Shown: piece after piece, positions 50,909 to 64,000 of the stretch
Numbering within the stretch: the stretch's first letter is position 1
How the letters are laid out: each line of letters opens with the position of its first letter
NCBI GenBank assembly: GCA_016748015.1
Contig: JAAOMT010000690.1
Coordinates: 434,001 to 498,000, forward strand
DNA: 64,000 bases
Origin: Geosiphon pyriformis uo1
Taxonomy: Eukaryota; Fungi; Glomeromycota
Direction: 5' to 3'
Translations under genes and position numbers: made by a program
Notes under the pieces: model-generated
Databases searched by the model: none
Told to the model about the DNA's origin: nothing
The model's input: only the letters and a program-made list of their open reading frames with translations

Positions 50909-53900
50909 ATGAACACGAGCAAAACTTCAATATCAAATTTAATGAACGATACTACTTCTGCACCGTCAACTTCTACTGGTTTTAACCTTAACGACATTCT
51001 TAACGATGACGGCCCAAGTGTAACTTCACAACAGCAACAATATCCTTATCAATCTTCTGTTGCTGCTATTGTTTCTTCGTCCCCATCCTCTGCCTCTTCG
51101 TCTTCGTCTGTCTACGCTTCTTCGTCTCACTTCAATAATTCTCAAAGATATCAACAACAACAACAACAACAACAACAAGAACATTATTATTCCTCTTCAC
51201 CCTCTCAACCTCATAATTATCGACATCATCAACAACAATCATCACCTCAACATCAGCACCATCCTCACCAAAATTCCCATCTTCATCCTCATTCTTCACA
51301 ACATGAACCTAATAATAATGGTTCAAATTCATATGATGAAAGTACCGCAGAAGCTGGTTCAATATTAATCTCTCTTGCGACCGGTTCAAATCATCCAGCT
51401 ACTTCTTCAGCTCAATCACCTCAACCATTGATACCATCTCCACTCTCATCAAATTATCAACATCCTCCAAGAAACCATTATCCCGCATCCTCAATACAAG
51501 GATCAAGGGAAAATGATCATCATCAGCAAATGTCTGATGTTGAAATTGCCGCAACAGCAATATCTTCATTATCGAGCGTTGGGAATGACTTAAAACCAAT
51601 TTCTTCTCAGATACACGTGAGTTTTCAACAATCGATCTCTCTCATAATCCCATCATTTGATTTGCCTCACTATCAATTAATAAATGCTAATTCTTCTCAT
51701 TCATAGAGAGTAAAAAGCAATTCAATGTCGATTGCCGCATTGTTGGGTTGGTTTTCTTCACTTAAATAAACTAATGGGATCATGTAAAAATAAAAAAATT
51801 CAATTCCACCCTAAAAAATTCTTTTATCAAAACTTTTAGGTGATGAAACAAAATCATCCCCCGAGGAACCTATTCATAATCTTTCACCTCCTTTACCAAT
51901 GGTTAATAAAAGACCCTTAATTTGACTCGTTTTTTATTTGATCATAATCGTTAATTCCTTTTTACACTTGTTGATCTTCAGGATATTTCTCATCAAATTA
52001 ATCATTCGCAGCAACATCAAAGGTATCATTCTGTCCTACAACACCATCACCAACCACAACAATCACAACCACTACCACCACCACCACCACCATCATCATC
52101 ATCACAAAATGATATACATCAAAACGTCCCTATTGCAACAATTCATGATGATATTAGACCTCATTATCATCACCATCACAATCATCATGGCGTTGCTGAT
52201 GTAAATGTAATACCACCACAAACTCCACTTCAAAATCCCGTTTATCCTCAGATGGGTTCGAATAATAGTCCTCCATCTCGGTCAAGAAATCAAAATAAAC
52301 GACCATCTGTAAGTGTATGAAAATGATTCGATAATTTTGAAAAATCTTTTTTTTTTTAATCTAAACATATTAAAATGTAATGTAATAAGGGTGGACAACC
52401 AATGCCAGTTGTCAACGTTCAAGCCCCATCATCTAAACTTAATCAAAAAGGGATGAAACGGAATGTAAATAATACTAAACGAAGACCCTCGGATACTAAT
52501 AACGATTATAGTAATATTTCATGCAAATTGTATATCTTTTGGGATCTCGACTATTCTCAACTTACATTTGATTCTCCAAAATAGCTCAAAAGGCATCTAA
52601 AGTCCCCAGAACTTCTCATAATACTGCTCCTTATCAATCAAATAATGGGCCGCCATCAATTACTCACATGGGTCACAAATTGAACGATGTAACTGAACAA
52701 TTGTCTGATGATCGTAAACTGATCCCTCCAGTTTCGCAGCAAGGTATTTCAATGATTTTCTTTATTTTGATTTTTCATTGATTGCTTGTCATATCAATTA
52801 AACTCATAATTAATCACCTTAAATATTATTGATAAATAAGGTCCGAATGTGATAGATTGGGATCGAACTCAACAGTCACACCCTTATCATCAATACCCAA
52901 CTCGATTACCATCAAATATTAATGGTCTCCCTCCTCATGAACCTTCTTCTATTGGGAGTGGTAATCGGTATGTAATTCCTCCTCAAAATCAAGTGATTTA
53001 TTGCATTCCGAGAACTTTGAAGGAATTAATTAAATCATTCTCATTTGAAAAGTGGTAGAGGCCAAAAATCATCACCTCCACTTCACGTTTCCAATGGTTA
53101 TACTTATCAACCACCACCATTAGGTGTTGGTCAAATTGTAAGAAATAAAGTTATAGAATTTTTTTAGAAAATTTTAGAAACTAAATTTTCCCACTTTTGA
53201 AAAATCCTAAAATTAAAGAATGAAATGAAGCATGAAATAAAGCATGAAATGGTACCCCCATCGCATCACCTTCAACCACAACAGGCACCTCAAACATCCA
53301 TGCAGCATGCTCCATCACAAAATGGACATATCACATCTTTACTGCGTCAAGAAGCTCCCAGGAAATATCATTCAATGGTACGTAGGTTCTTATGTTGCCC
53401 TATTAGCCCGACCCGCTTTCTTTGGAATGATTTTATGATCAATTCCCTTTTGAAACAGAAGCATGATCCGAAAATAAAGAGGAATGCCACGCACGCTTAT
53501 ATCACTTATATGATTTATACGAACCAAATGGTCCGTAAACCCATCCTATTATCTATTTGATCGCAATTTGAACTATAACATGATACATTACTCTCTTTTC
53601 TAGAATTTATGGTGCATAATCACTAAAACTTTTTCCTTTTTTCTTATTTCAAAACAAACTAAATTCTCATGGCTGCCATTATTCATTCCCGCATTACCAA
53701 TTTTTTTCCGGTCTGGTACTTCTGTTCCTACTTGATCAGGAAAAAGGAAAAGATGGACCACTTGCACAACCTCCTCAGCCACCTTTATCCCGCCATCAAC
53801 CACATATGAACGGATCCCCAGCAATAACAAATGATCACGTGATGATGAGCTCACCAACTCAGATGGTAACTCACATGCAACCTCAACCGCCCCAACTCAA

Positions 53901-54473
53901 TGGGAATAGTATGTACGGGGGAGGATCAAGATTCGAACATGGATATAATCAAGGGGGTCCAGTTGGGAATCCCGGCGGATATCCCCCTCATCCAGAGGTA
54001 AAGCTTAAATTTCTATAATAGTTGGATTTTGATTTTCATCAAGAACTAATGATTGAGAAATTTTCTAAATTCCTATTTTACAGCCGATTCCAGTTGGAAC
54101 GTCGCGTCGTGCTTCAGAACCACAACAAAATGCTGTACCACGTGGTGGTAGTCATGTTTATTCACATCATCAATCCCAGTCTCAGTCAGTTAACAATGGT
54201 CCGTCCAACCCCATTATGCCACCGCATCAAGATCCATCCCGAAATTCTTCAAGACATTCCAATGCCATTTCTCCGCATAATTTATCACCAAACTTACTTC
54301 CGGTCCATATGAATTCACATCAAAACAGACATTTCTCGATGCCGGACATTCGAGCACAACCTATATCTGAACCCCCGCCACATAGCAGGGGCAATATGGT
54401 TGGAAATATTCTATCGACTAATCCGATTAATAACCATAATAATAACAATAACAACAACAATAATAATAGTAAC

Positions 54474-54506
<33 letters not shown>

Positions 54507-55202
54507 CAATCTTCACATGGTGCTCCCTTACCCACTTCTCTACCACCAATTCAATCTGGACCCCCACCACCACATGCGTCACATCATCATCATCATTCCC
54601 CTTCGGCACCTCACCCGACGCATCATCATCATCGTCTTTATCATCATGATGCGAACACTGGTCATCATCAATCCCATCATCATTATCATCAGCCTGTGAC
54701 ACAGGGCAATCCACAACCTCCCACTTATATATCATCACAAGGAGCTCCAATGGCCCTCCAAACACATTCATACGGCAAATCTGGTCATTCTTCAATACCA
54801 CCCTCACCTGCTATGGGTCCAGTTATAACATCAAGGGAACCACAAATTCCTTCACCCTCAAATCCATATCATCAGCCACCACCAATGCCACCACAATCAA
54901 GTAATGGAACGCCTCGTATCTCCTCTAGTGGCTTACCATCTCATCATCACCAACACCAACACCATTCATCCGATCTGATGCCAAACAACAGCATCCCACC
55001 ATCAACAGCTCTATTAAGAGAGCCAATGAATTATCTAAGAGACCAAGTTTCGCCACATGTTGGTCCAACATATATCGGATCTGGTAATGGGATTCAGTCA
55101 CAACATCAGCAGCTTCATCCATCTCAATCGAATGGACCACCATCAGGTCCTATTGGGGCTGGTGTGAACGGACCCAGGAGTGGTCCAAGTCATTATAATT
55201 AA
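50909..55202 (+). CDS. Large Q/H/P/S/N-rich, mostly disordered protein (~1076 aa, 12 exons); putative transcriptional regulator
   Basis: Exons 50909-51616, 51707-51746, 51840-51901, 51982-52308, 52390-52510, 52585-52743, 52841-52967, 53059-53137, 53219-53377, 53459-53530, 53740-53997 and 54084-55202. All introns are GT-AG with compatible phases, giving 3231 nt with no internal stop by hand translation. Function is inferred from composition and short motifs only. Confidence 0.85.
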
Positions 55203-58200
55203 TTTTCAAAACAGCGATAGCAATATTAACAATACATATATATATTAGATGGAAACTTAGAATGGATATTCTAATAATCTCGTCGAATTTGGGCTTTTTT
55301 TGGGTGTACATAGATGGGCTCGCCGGCGATAAAAACCGAAAAGTTGGCGTCTATCTATTTTATCATTATTAGTAATATTATAGGCGCGCGAAATTTAATA
55401 GGAAATTAGGGCGAAAAAAAACTGCCTTCTCATATATTGTACACAGGTTAATGAATATAGGTTCGTGAGTTAATTTCCAAAAATCTCCCTTTTTTTCACC
55501 TCACTTATATGTAAGATATCTTTTTCTTCCCCGCAAAAATGGTCGATATATCTCATTTTCGGTCGTTTTTGTACACTTGTACAGTTTTTTTCTTTTAATT
55601 CTGCATATTAAACGGTCAACTTTCTGGAATTTGGATCGCCAAAACTAAACAATTTTAAAAAATTATAATTATCTTCTGAATACAAGGTGTGATATTGTTT
55701 ACAATTGATATTTAAACTTATCTGTTAAGAATGTATCAAAATCTGAGTCTAAGTGTATTTGATAGGACAATTTTTTAATGTTATTTTAACAGACATATGT
55801 TTATGGGTTATTAGATTCTTGGATATACAAAATTTTGAATTATTTCAAAATTCCAACAAATAATAATTTATTATTAATTTAAAGTAGTCAGCCAAGCTTT
55901 CCATTTTTGAAGTTTTTAATCTTTATTATAAAAACAAAATTATTGTTTATTATAATAAAGTTTGGTAAAAATTTATACTGGGATTATTATAATATTCAAT
56001 TTTTTCAACAACAAAATCTTTTTGAATAGTATATTTGTTTTTTAACTTTTTTCAAGGCCAAAAAACCAATTCATGTCAGTAGGATTGATGGTATAACATA
56101 TAGATTTGCAATTTGAATTAAAATTGGAAGGTAAAAATTCGGAGTCAACGATTCGACAAACATGAAGCTGTCGATATTTATGAAACAAATTGAGCAATTG
56201 AAATTTTTTAGTCAAGTCTTTTTTGTAACTATAATGGATGATCCCATTTCATATAATTATATAATAAGAACTATATAGTCAGTACGAGAATAGGTTTGCT
56301 TAAATGAATATTTACACACTATTACACTGTTACATTATTAGGGTATCTAATAGTTGAATATCTCATATCACCCTTGATATAGTTGTCTATAAAGTAATCT
56401 TTTTTTTTTATGCGGTGTCCTTTATTAACATAGTTGAGCACAATTTATTTTACTGCATGCATATTTATTAAAATGTAGGACATTGGAGATTCTGAATTTA
56501 GTTACTGCAGTTGATACAAATATAAACATAAACTATTATGAATTGCTTATTTTGCTAGATTTCCATCCGATGTATTCATTTATCATAATACGGATTTTCC
56601 CTTAACATTAAAAGAAGTAATCAATTATCAACCATCAATGAATCAGATATCTTGAAATGATCAATCAAATATAATATTACATTCGGTCATCGAAATTCGG
56701 CACATTTAGGATACCACAACGTAATGCATTCATGTAGTGTAACATGAACCTTATTAGTGAGCTTTTTAATAAATGTTATTTGAATTAATTACACGACACG
56801 AATTGAAGACATGATCAGCGATTGAACATAAGCCTTTAAACATTTAGTAAGACCAATGAAGAAAATCCCATAATTTTAATTTAATGCAAAGTAATGATTG
56901 AAAATTCTCACTAATTTTAGAAAGAGGCCATTTCAATTAGAAATAGCGAAATTAATTTCTAAATTATTAATTATTCATAAATAAAATCCGAAAATCTTTA
57001 AACAATTAGTTTATTCAAAACACTTAAAAATATAATCACCGATTTATAATTTTTACTTGCAAATGAACATATAAAAAAAGAAACATTGATGCTTGATTTG
57101 TAATACTGTTAGTTAAAGGTTTATCAGTCAGTGACTGCATTTTTTTCACCTAACAATTTCGATGAGGTGAAAAAGTCAAAGTCAATAAATATTCACATGT
57201 ATGCGCTTTTGAATAATTTTTAATACCTGATACAGATTTATGATTATCATACCACATAGACCGTGATTGGTTTCACTGGGAAAACATAAACATAAACAAA
57301 AACAAAGCACAGATTATGAAGAAGTGAAGATGGGTATTTTGTTGATGCGTAGGTTTCACAGAAACATTCTTTTGCTTAGTCATTTTGAAAATAGAAAGAT
57401 TTTTTAGAAAGCTAAAGAATAAACCAGTTCTGAATGCAATCTGTTACACCGCGATTATTTACCACAAGTCAGTTATTATTGAAGACTGGCTAAAAATTCT
57501 CCGAGAATCAATCAGTTACCGGAATTGTGATGATCTTTGAATATCTGGTCACTGATTTTAATATATATAGCTAAGAATGAATAATAAAAAAGTCATTAAT
57601 TATATGATAAATTTGTCCAATGAAAAAGTTTTTATCAAGTTACAATGTTGTTTCTAGCAAAAAATCAATAAATTTTTTATTTTCATTTTAATATTGCAAA
57701 GTTTATCAGGTTTATAAATTTTCATTCAAAACAAAAAAAGATGATATATATTGTTTTTATAAAATATTAAAATTATTTAGAATTGATAAATAAATGCATT
57801 TTATTTATATTTAATTGGTTTTTTAAATTATATTTTTTCTATTTCAATGTATTTAATAATATTTTTAAGAATTGTATTATTTGAAAATAATTTGTTTTGT
57901 GACATTGGTAATTTTTCAAGTGTAATTGAAATTTTTAGTTTCTTAAGTTTTGTATGTGATTCATTTATTAATTATAAAATTTTAAAAATATGTCAAATTG
58001 ATAATCATAAATTTACTTTATTTCAAAATATTTTTAATATATCAAAAAAAAGTTTCGACTCTTTTACATTTTTATGCCAAAAAAAAATCTGTCATGTTAG
58101 ATAAATTTGAACTGAAATTTAAATAAAGGGAAAAATAAGGAAAGATAATTAATAAACATGCTAGAAGCCTATATTGGCAGATTGTTATGATGGCTGATAG

Positions 58201-60699
58201 AGAATCAATTGGATTCGATTATGATTAATAATGCAAGTGTATTTATAAAATAAAAAATTATAAAAAATTAAATAAACAACATATTTTTGATATGTTGTTA
58301 TTTTTTATTCTGACTCGTGGCTAAACAACACTTCAAATAAATAATTCGATTTTCTACAAATGTTTTTTATTCTGTTTGTCTTTATTTTAATCAAAACCTT
58401 TCATATATAAAGATCTGCTATCAACGGAATTAATTTAATTGGATCAAAGAAGAAAATAATTTAGATTTTTACCATGGATCTGAGTAGCAGGTTAAAAGTT
58501 TGGCAAACGTTAACTGACTTTGTGAAAACAAAGATATAAATATTTATATTCGTTTACCAGGATAGAAAAATTTACATTTTATATAGTTTTTTAAAAAATG
58601 AAAATTACTTTACTTTGTTCTTCAATACAACCTTTTGCTTTGTTTAGTTTCTTTTTTGAACTCAAAGTTTATTGTTAATTGAAAAATGAAGTAGACTAAA
58701 TTGAAACGTAAACAACAGCTGCCACATGTAAAAAATATTTATATTTGAAAAATCGAGAAAAACTGTGAAAGTATCAAATATATATACATATATATTTATT
58801 TTCGAAACGAGGAATCAAAACCAAAATTTGATTCTTTGAGGGTTCAATAAATTATTTTTAAAATTTCTTTGTTTTAGTCACATCAAGATACAACTCGTCA
58901 CTTTGTAAGCTCTAACAAAATTTGTTCCTATTAAATTTTAAATAGCACATTGTACTATATGGGAAATTAATATTAAAAGATATATATTACGATTTTTCAA
59001 GTTTCATAAGAATTCAAAAGTTTCGCACTTTCTTGCGAAAAAAAAAAAAGGTTTAACGTGTAATTAGCTTAAAGGTAGATTTTTACTTATATACAAAGCT
59101 TTTTTTTCAAAGACTTGACGTATTAATGCTAAGTATTTTTTTTAAAATAACCATTTTAACATAAATACTATAATTATCAGTCTTGATTACTTTAAAAAGA
59201 TTTTCTATTGAAAGAGTTCATGACAAAAAATTTTTCCAATTTGTATCATGTCGCATGTGTACCACACTAAAATCAATATAAAAAATCATTGAATTGATTC
59301 AATAAATGAAAAATAGGTTGCCAGGCATCAAGTGATAACACTATAAAACACCACAGAAAACGCTATAGCTACCAGATTTCTTCATCTTTTTCCTAGCAAA
59401 TTCAAAAGATATTTTTAAATTGTCGAAAATTATTTAAAAGATTATCACATGTTAAAAAGTTATGATTAACCAATCAAATTCTGCGACATGTTGATTGTTA
59501 TTACACACTTGCACAGACTGTATTTATATAATCAAATAGGAATAAAAATAGCACAAGAAGTCGACTATCTTATATCAAGGGGTTCAAACTTTAATGTCAG
59601 GCTTTGTGATTTTTCGGAAATTCAGTATTACAATCGGCTATATTGCTAATCCATTCAACCTTTCTAAAGTATATTCTATTGATTTTTTTTCTGTTCATTA
59701 AGAACATATATATATATATATATATTAATATAGCAAATAAGATATATATATACATTATTCAATCATAAAAACTGGCTCAATGGACTAGTTTCAGAAATCG
59801 GATTAAAGTTCCAGGAAAAACTTGAACCATTTGTATTTGTGTTAGGATGATCAAAAATGATACTATGCTGTACAAACACTGGGATCTTGGGATAGCAATT
59901 AGATTTTTAATACAGTATGTGGCATTTCATAATTTTTTTCAGGAAATTAAAAACGTATAAAAGATCAACATGACAAAAACGGGAATTGAATAGAATTTAT
60001 TCATTTCACGTGGAACTTAATTCAAGTTATGACACGATTTTCATATAATTTATAATTTTACATTTTTAGATAATTTTGAAACACGATCTCTATGGTCATT
60101 ACAGAGAATTTCCATAAATAGAAAATCAAATAGAAATTCCGAACATACAAGCTCTTTTGATTTTTGTGTGAAAATATCATCACAAGCATCAGATCAAAGC
60201 TCAAGAACATGATCATTGTGATTATCATAATTAGATCAGGAGTTCCCGATAATAAATGATAAAGGATCACATTTGAAAGACACCATCGGAATCGATACCA
60301 GAACATGATCGGGAATATTTGGATATAGCACATTAGCCCCGAATTCGTCTTTGGCCGGTCATTTTGAAGATTTGAATGAATTTCAAGATAAAAAAACTTT
60401 TTAAATAAAAATTAAAGGCCCTTAAATCGACTGAATGTTATCAAATTTTTTAAAAGGAAAAGCTTTTTTATGAAATTGAAGGGATGCACTCTAAAATTCT
60501 CAAAAATTGAGTCAAAATATGCATGTTGTAACTAATAATTAAATTGATTGGTCATGTTCTTTTTATTATTAAAACTTCTTTTGCTATCATGTTTTTTTTT
60601 AATCTTTATATTTTATATTTATATCCAAATTTTTGATCTCATTCCTTTTTTTAATTAAAATTATTATTTTATTAATTAAAATTATTTATATTTTTTATT

Positions 60700-62590
60700 G
60701 TTACAAGTTAAAATTTTAACATTAAGATTTAATCATAACATAATTTAAAATATAGAATTTATTTAAAATATTCAAATAGACACTTTCTTTTTTAGATTTT
60801 TATGACCACACTTGCAAAAAATAAAAAAATGCAACTATTATTTTCTAACAATACAACCACCCAAAAAGTTTTTCTTAAGTAATACAGATACAAAGCAGTT
60901 TTTGGTTGCTGTAAAAGTATCATTTTTGTTTTTGGTTAAAAGTTTTTCTCTTTTCAAAGTGGTTTACTAAAAGTAATTCTAATATTGTTGCTACTTTTTA
61001 CTGCTGTTTAGATGGCCAAAAAAGTTAAAGTGGCAAACAAACAATTTTTTCTTTATATTTATTAATGTCACTTTTTTAAGATATTAGAAAAAATAGTTTT
61101 TTTGGTGTTTTTTAAACACTTTAGTTTTTTGGTTTTTTTGTGTGGTTTTATTAGTTCTGTAACAACCGTACCCATCATAGTATTTAATTTTATTTTGGTT
61201 GTAAATAATGATTTTTTTATTTTGAACAATAATAACAATAACATATTTGCCAAATTTGTTATTAAGCAATATTTAATTGTGTTGTTTAATACAATGAATT
61301 TAGATAATTAATACTTGTTTTAAAAGCTAACCAAATTATATTTTAACACATAATTTTATTTAATTACAAAGATTAAACTGATAAAATAAAAACTAAAACA
61401 ATATTAGGCTTTTTTATATAAAATTTACATTTTAAATATTTTTAATGTTATTAAGATTAAGCTTGTTAATTTTTTCTTTTTTGTTATTTTTAAAATTACT
61501 AAACTTTTTATGGCTTTTATTATAGTTTTAATTATTATTGTTATAGCTTTTTATAATATTTTTTTAAGTGTTTTTAAAAATAATATCAAGTTTTTAATAT
61601 TAAATTAAACTCTGTTAATTTTTAATAATATGTTATTGTGTATTTCAAAACTTAAAAAAAAATTTGCTTATTGGTTGGTTTTAGTAAAATAATAATTACT
61701 TTTTGTAATAATTTTACAACCAAATTAAACAATTTTTTTTTGGTTATATTATTTTTAAAATTAGTGATTAATTGCTTAAATATATAAACAAATTTGTTTT
61801 ATTTTATGTTTTATAATTTTTTAGAAATATATATTATATTTATTTTTAAGTTTAAAAACATTTTGAATATTATTATACTTAAAATTAGTACTTTAAAAAA
61901 AGTTATAATTTGATATAAAAATTTTAAATATAAACAATACTATAAGTTTAAATCATTTAGCTTTTAGTTGTAAAATCAATTTTTTTGGTTTATTAAAGTC
62001 TTTTATTAAGTTTTTAATATTTGTTTATTGGCTTAATATTATATGTTAAAGTTATATTTTTTATTTTATAATGTTTTTTATATTGCAATTAAATTAAAGT
62101 TAATTTTTTTGGAATTCCAATTACCCAAGTTGTTTTAGTTGATTAAATCTGTTGTTTAATTTATTGGTTTTCTAATAAATCCAATTTCTTTTTTGTTGAC
62201 TGTAAAAAAAACCTGATTTATTAATAAAACTCAATTGTTTTTTTAGAAAGACAAATTAGTTGTGTTGTTAATATAATTGCTAATATGTTTAAAAATAAAT
62301 TTAATGCTGGTGTTTCAAATAATAATAATTTCAAAATAATAAAACAAATTATACTGTAAGTAAAGAAATTTTTACTTAATTAATAGTGCTTTGTAACTTT
62401 TAAAATTCTGAAATCAAGAATAATAGAGAAGCAATCAAATTATTGTTATGTAAATATATTGAAAATGTTGAATTATTTAAATAGTTGTATTGGCACAAGA
62501 TTTGTTTTCTTTGTCTAAACTTAAGTAGTCTTAACTAGCTTAAGTAGCTAGTTATATATTAAATGTGTATAATTCATTATAATTAAGTTG
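60700..62590 (+). repeat. Highly decayed LINE-like remnant ending in a short piece of the LINE 3' UTR
   Basis: 62531-62577 ttaactagcttaagtagctagttatatattaaatgtgtataattcat matches 2447-2493 ttaattggttcaagtggctggttatatgtaaaaagtgtatgatttgt. The upstream part is CpG-poor and only weakly ORF1-like. Confidence 0.45.
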
Positions 62591-64000
62591 TATAAAAATA
62601 ATTAATGGTTAGACTATACTTTTGAAACAATAAAAAACATTAAAAAAAACGTGTTGTAAAAGTATATTTTTTTAATAAAAATTAACAAAAATTAAATTAA
62701 ATATGCTTAATAAATTTCACAATTTTTTTTTTCAAAGACAACAACATTAATGATTAAATTTATTTATTTAAAAGCTTTAAACTATTAAACTGTTTAAGGT
62801 AATATTTGTAAAAATAAACTAGCGTAAATATCAATTAAAATTTAACTTAAAAACAACATGAAATTAAAAATAATAATTATTATTATTAAATTTAAGATTA
62901 TATTATTTTATACATCATTATCATCCTATTAATTTTTTGATTAGTCACTTATTTATATATTTTATGATTTGTTAAAATCTAACACATTTTTATTTAATGT
63001 GAAAACCATAAACTTTAATAAATTTAATTCCAATTCCAATTCCAATTATATTGGTTGGTTTTTTTCGTTTAATTTGAAATAAACTTTTTTTTTGGTACAG
63101 TAAACATAAAATTTTTAATATATTTTAAAAATTTTGAGGTATTTTTTTGGTGATACTTGAGATCTGAAAATTTTTTACATGCTTCAAAAGTTTATGTTTC
63201 TTGAACCACGCATCATCATGTCTTGGCAATTCATGTCGTGTAATCAAACGGATTTTTAGTCCATACAAATAAAAATTGTCAAAAACCCATTAATAGGGTT
63301 CATATTGTACTGCATGAATACAGCCGCATTTTAATGAAGGAATGTAATATGATATAATATTTGATCGATCGATTGATTGATTGATTGATTATAATTTCCT
63401 TTGAGACTTCTTTAAATGTTTAGGGAAAATCCGTATGATAGTAAATGAATATATGGAATAGAAATCTAATCACAAAATAAGAAATTCATAGATGTAATCA
63501 GGAGGATATTCAAGAATATTCAATGTATTACATTTTTAATGTACCATGCGTGAAATGTAAAATAAATTTTCAGGTAAAAGAAAACACAGTATAAAAAAAA
63601 AAAAGAATCTCATAGACAGCTATATTAGGATTGATATGAAATATTCAATTATTAGATAGCGTAATAACGGTAACAGTATAATAACGTAAATATTATTTTT
63701 AGGAAAGACCTAAATGACCTATTATCATATTGATTTTGCAGCTCTTTATGATCTAATTGTATGAAATTTGAAAAATGGGGATCATCCATTATACATGTAG
63801 TTAGAAAAAAATATTTTGAATTATAGATTTCACCTTAATTCTAAACCGGTTTGCTAATTTTTAGTTTCAATACATAAAACAAAAAGACTTTATATGATCA
63901 CTTCTTTTCTTTTTTTTTCTTTAATAAATATCGAGTAACTTTATGCTTGCTAAAATGTGGAATTTTTGCCTTATGATTCTTTAATCCCTAAACAGTCGTA

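Noticed and set aside
53604-53715. Extra exon within the 209-bp intron of the large gene
   Set aside because: A TAG acceptor exists at 53601-53603, but I found no convincing frame-preserving donor; RNA-seq would be needed.

Overview
Very AT-rich eukaryotic DNA with spliceosomal introns. It is most likely fungal; the repeat families look to me like those of a glomeromycete such as Geosiphon, but that is recollection, not a search result. About 70% of the window is retrotransposon DNA at different stages of decay. (i) One full-length ~6.7 kb LINE (9461-16194, -) with a target-site duplication (TSD), plus at least four degenerate copies or fragments. (ii) A young, structurally complete but inactivated Ty3/Gypsy element, D (33220-40882, -), with both LTRs, a 4-bp TSD, primer-binding site (PBS), polypurine tract (PPT), a -1 frameshift signal and a third ORF. 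(iii) Two older Gypsy elements, B and C, of a second lineage; B carries a dUTPase. (iv) Three solo LTRs, two of them inside a four-level nest. There are two host genes: a 2-exon FAD-dependent oxidoreductase (5944-7207, -) and a 12-exon, ~1076-aa low-complexity putative transcriptional regulator (50909-55202, +). The most notable observations are: split blocks matching the elongator tRNA-Met anticodon arm inside the LTR of element D, whose PBS fits the same tRNA; an unknown third ORF in the env position of two Gypsy lineages; and a RIP-like C:G>T:A mutation signature that appears confined to repeats (hand count ~44 transitions to 1 transversion between the two LTRs of D). All alignments, translations and counts were done by eye.
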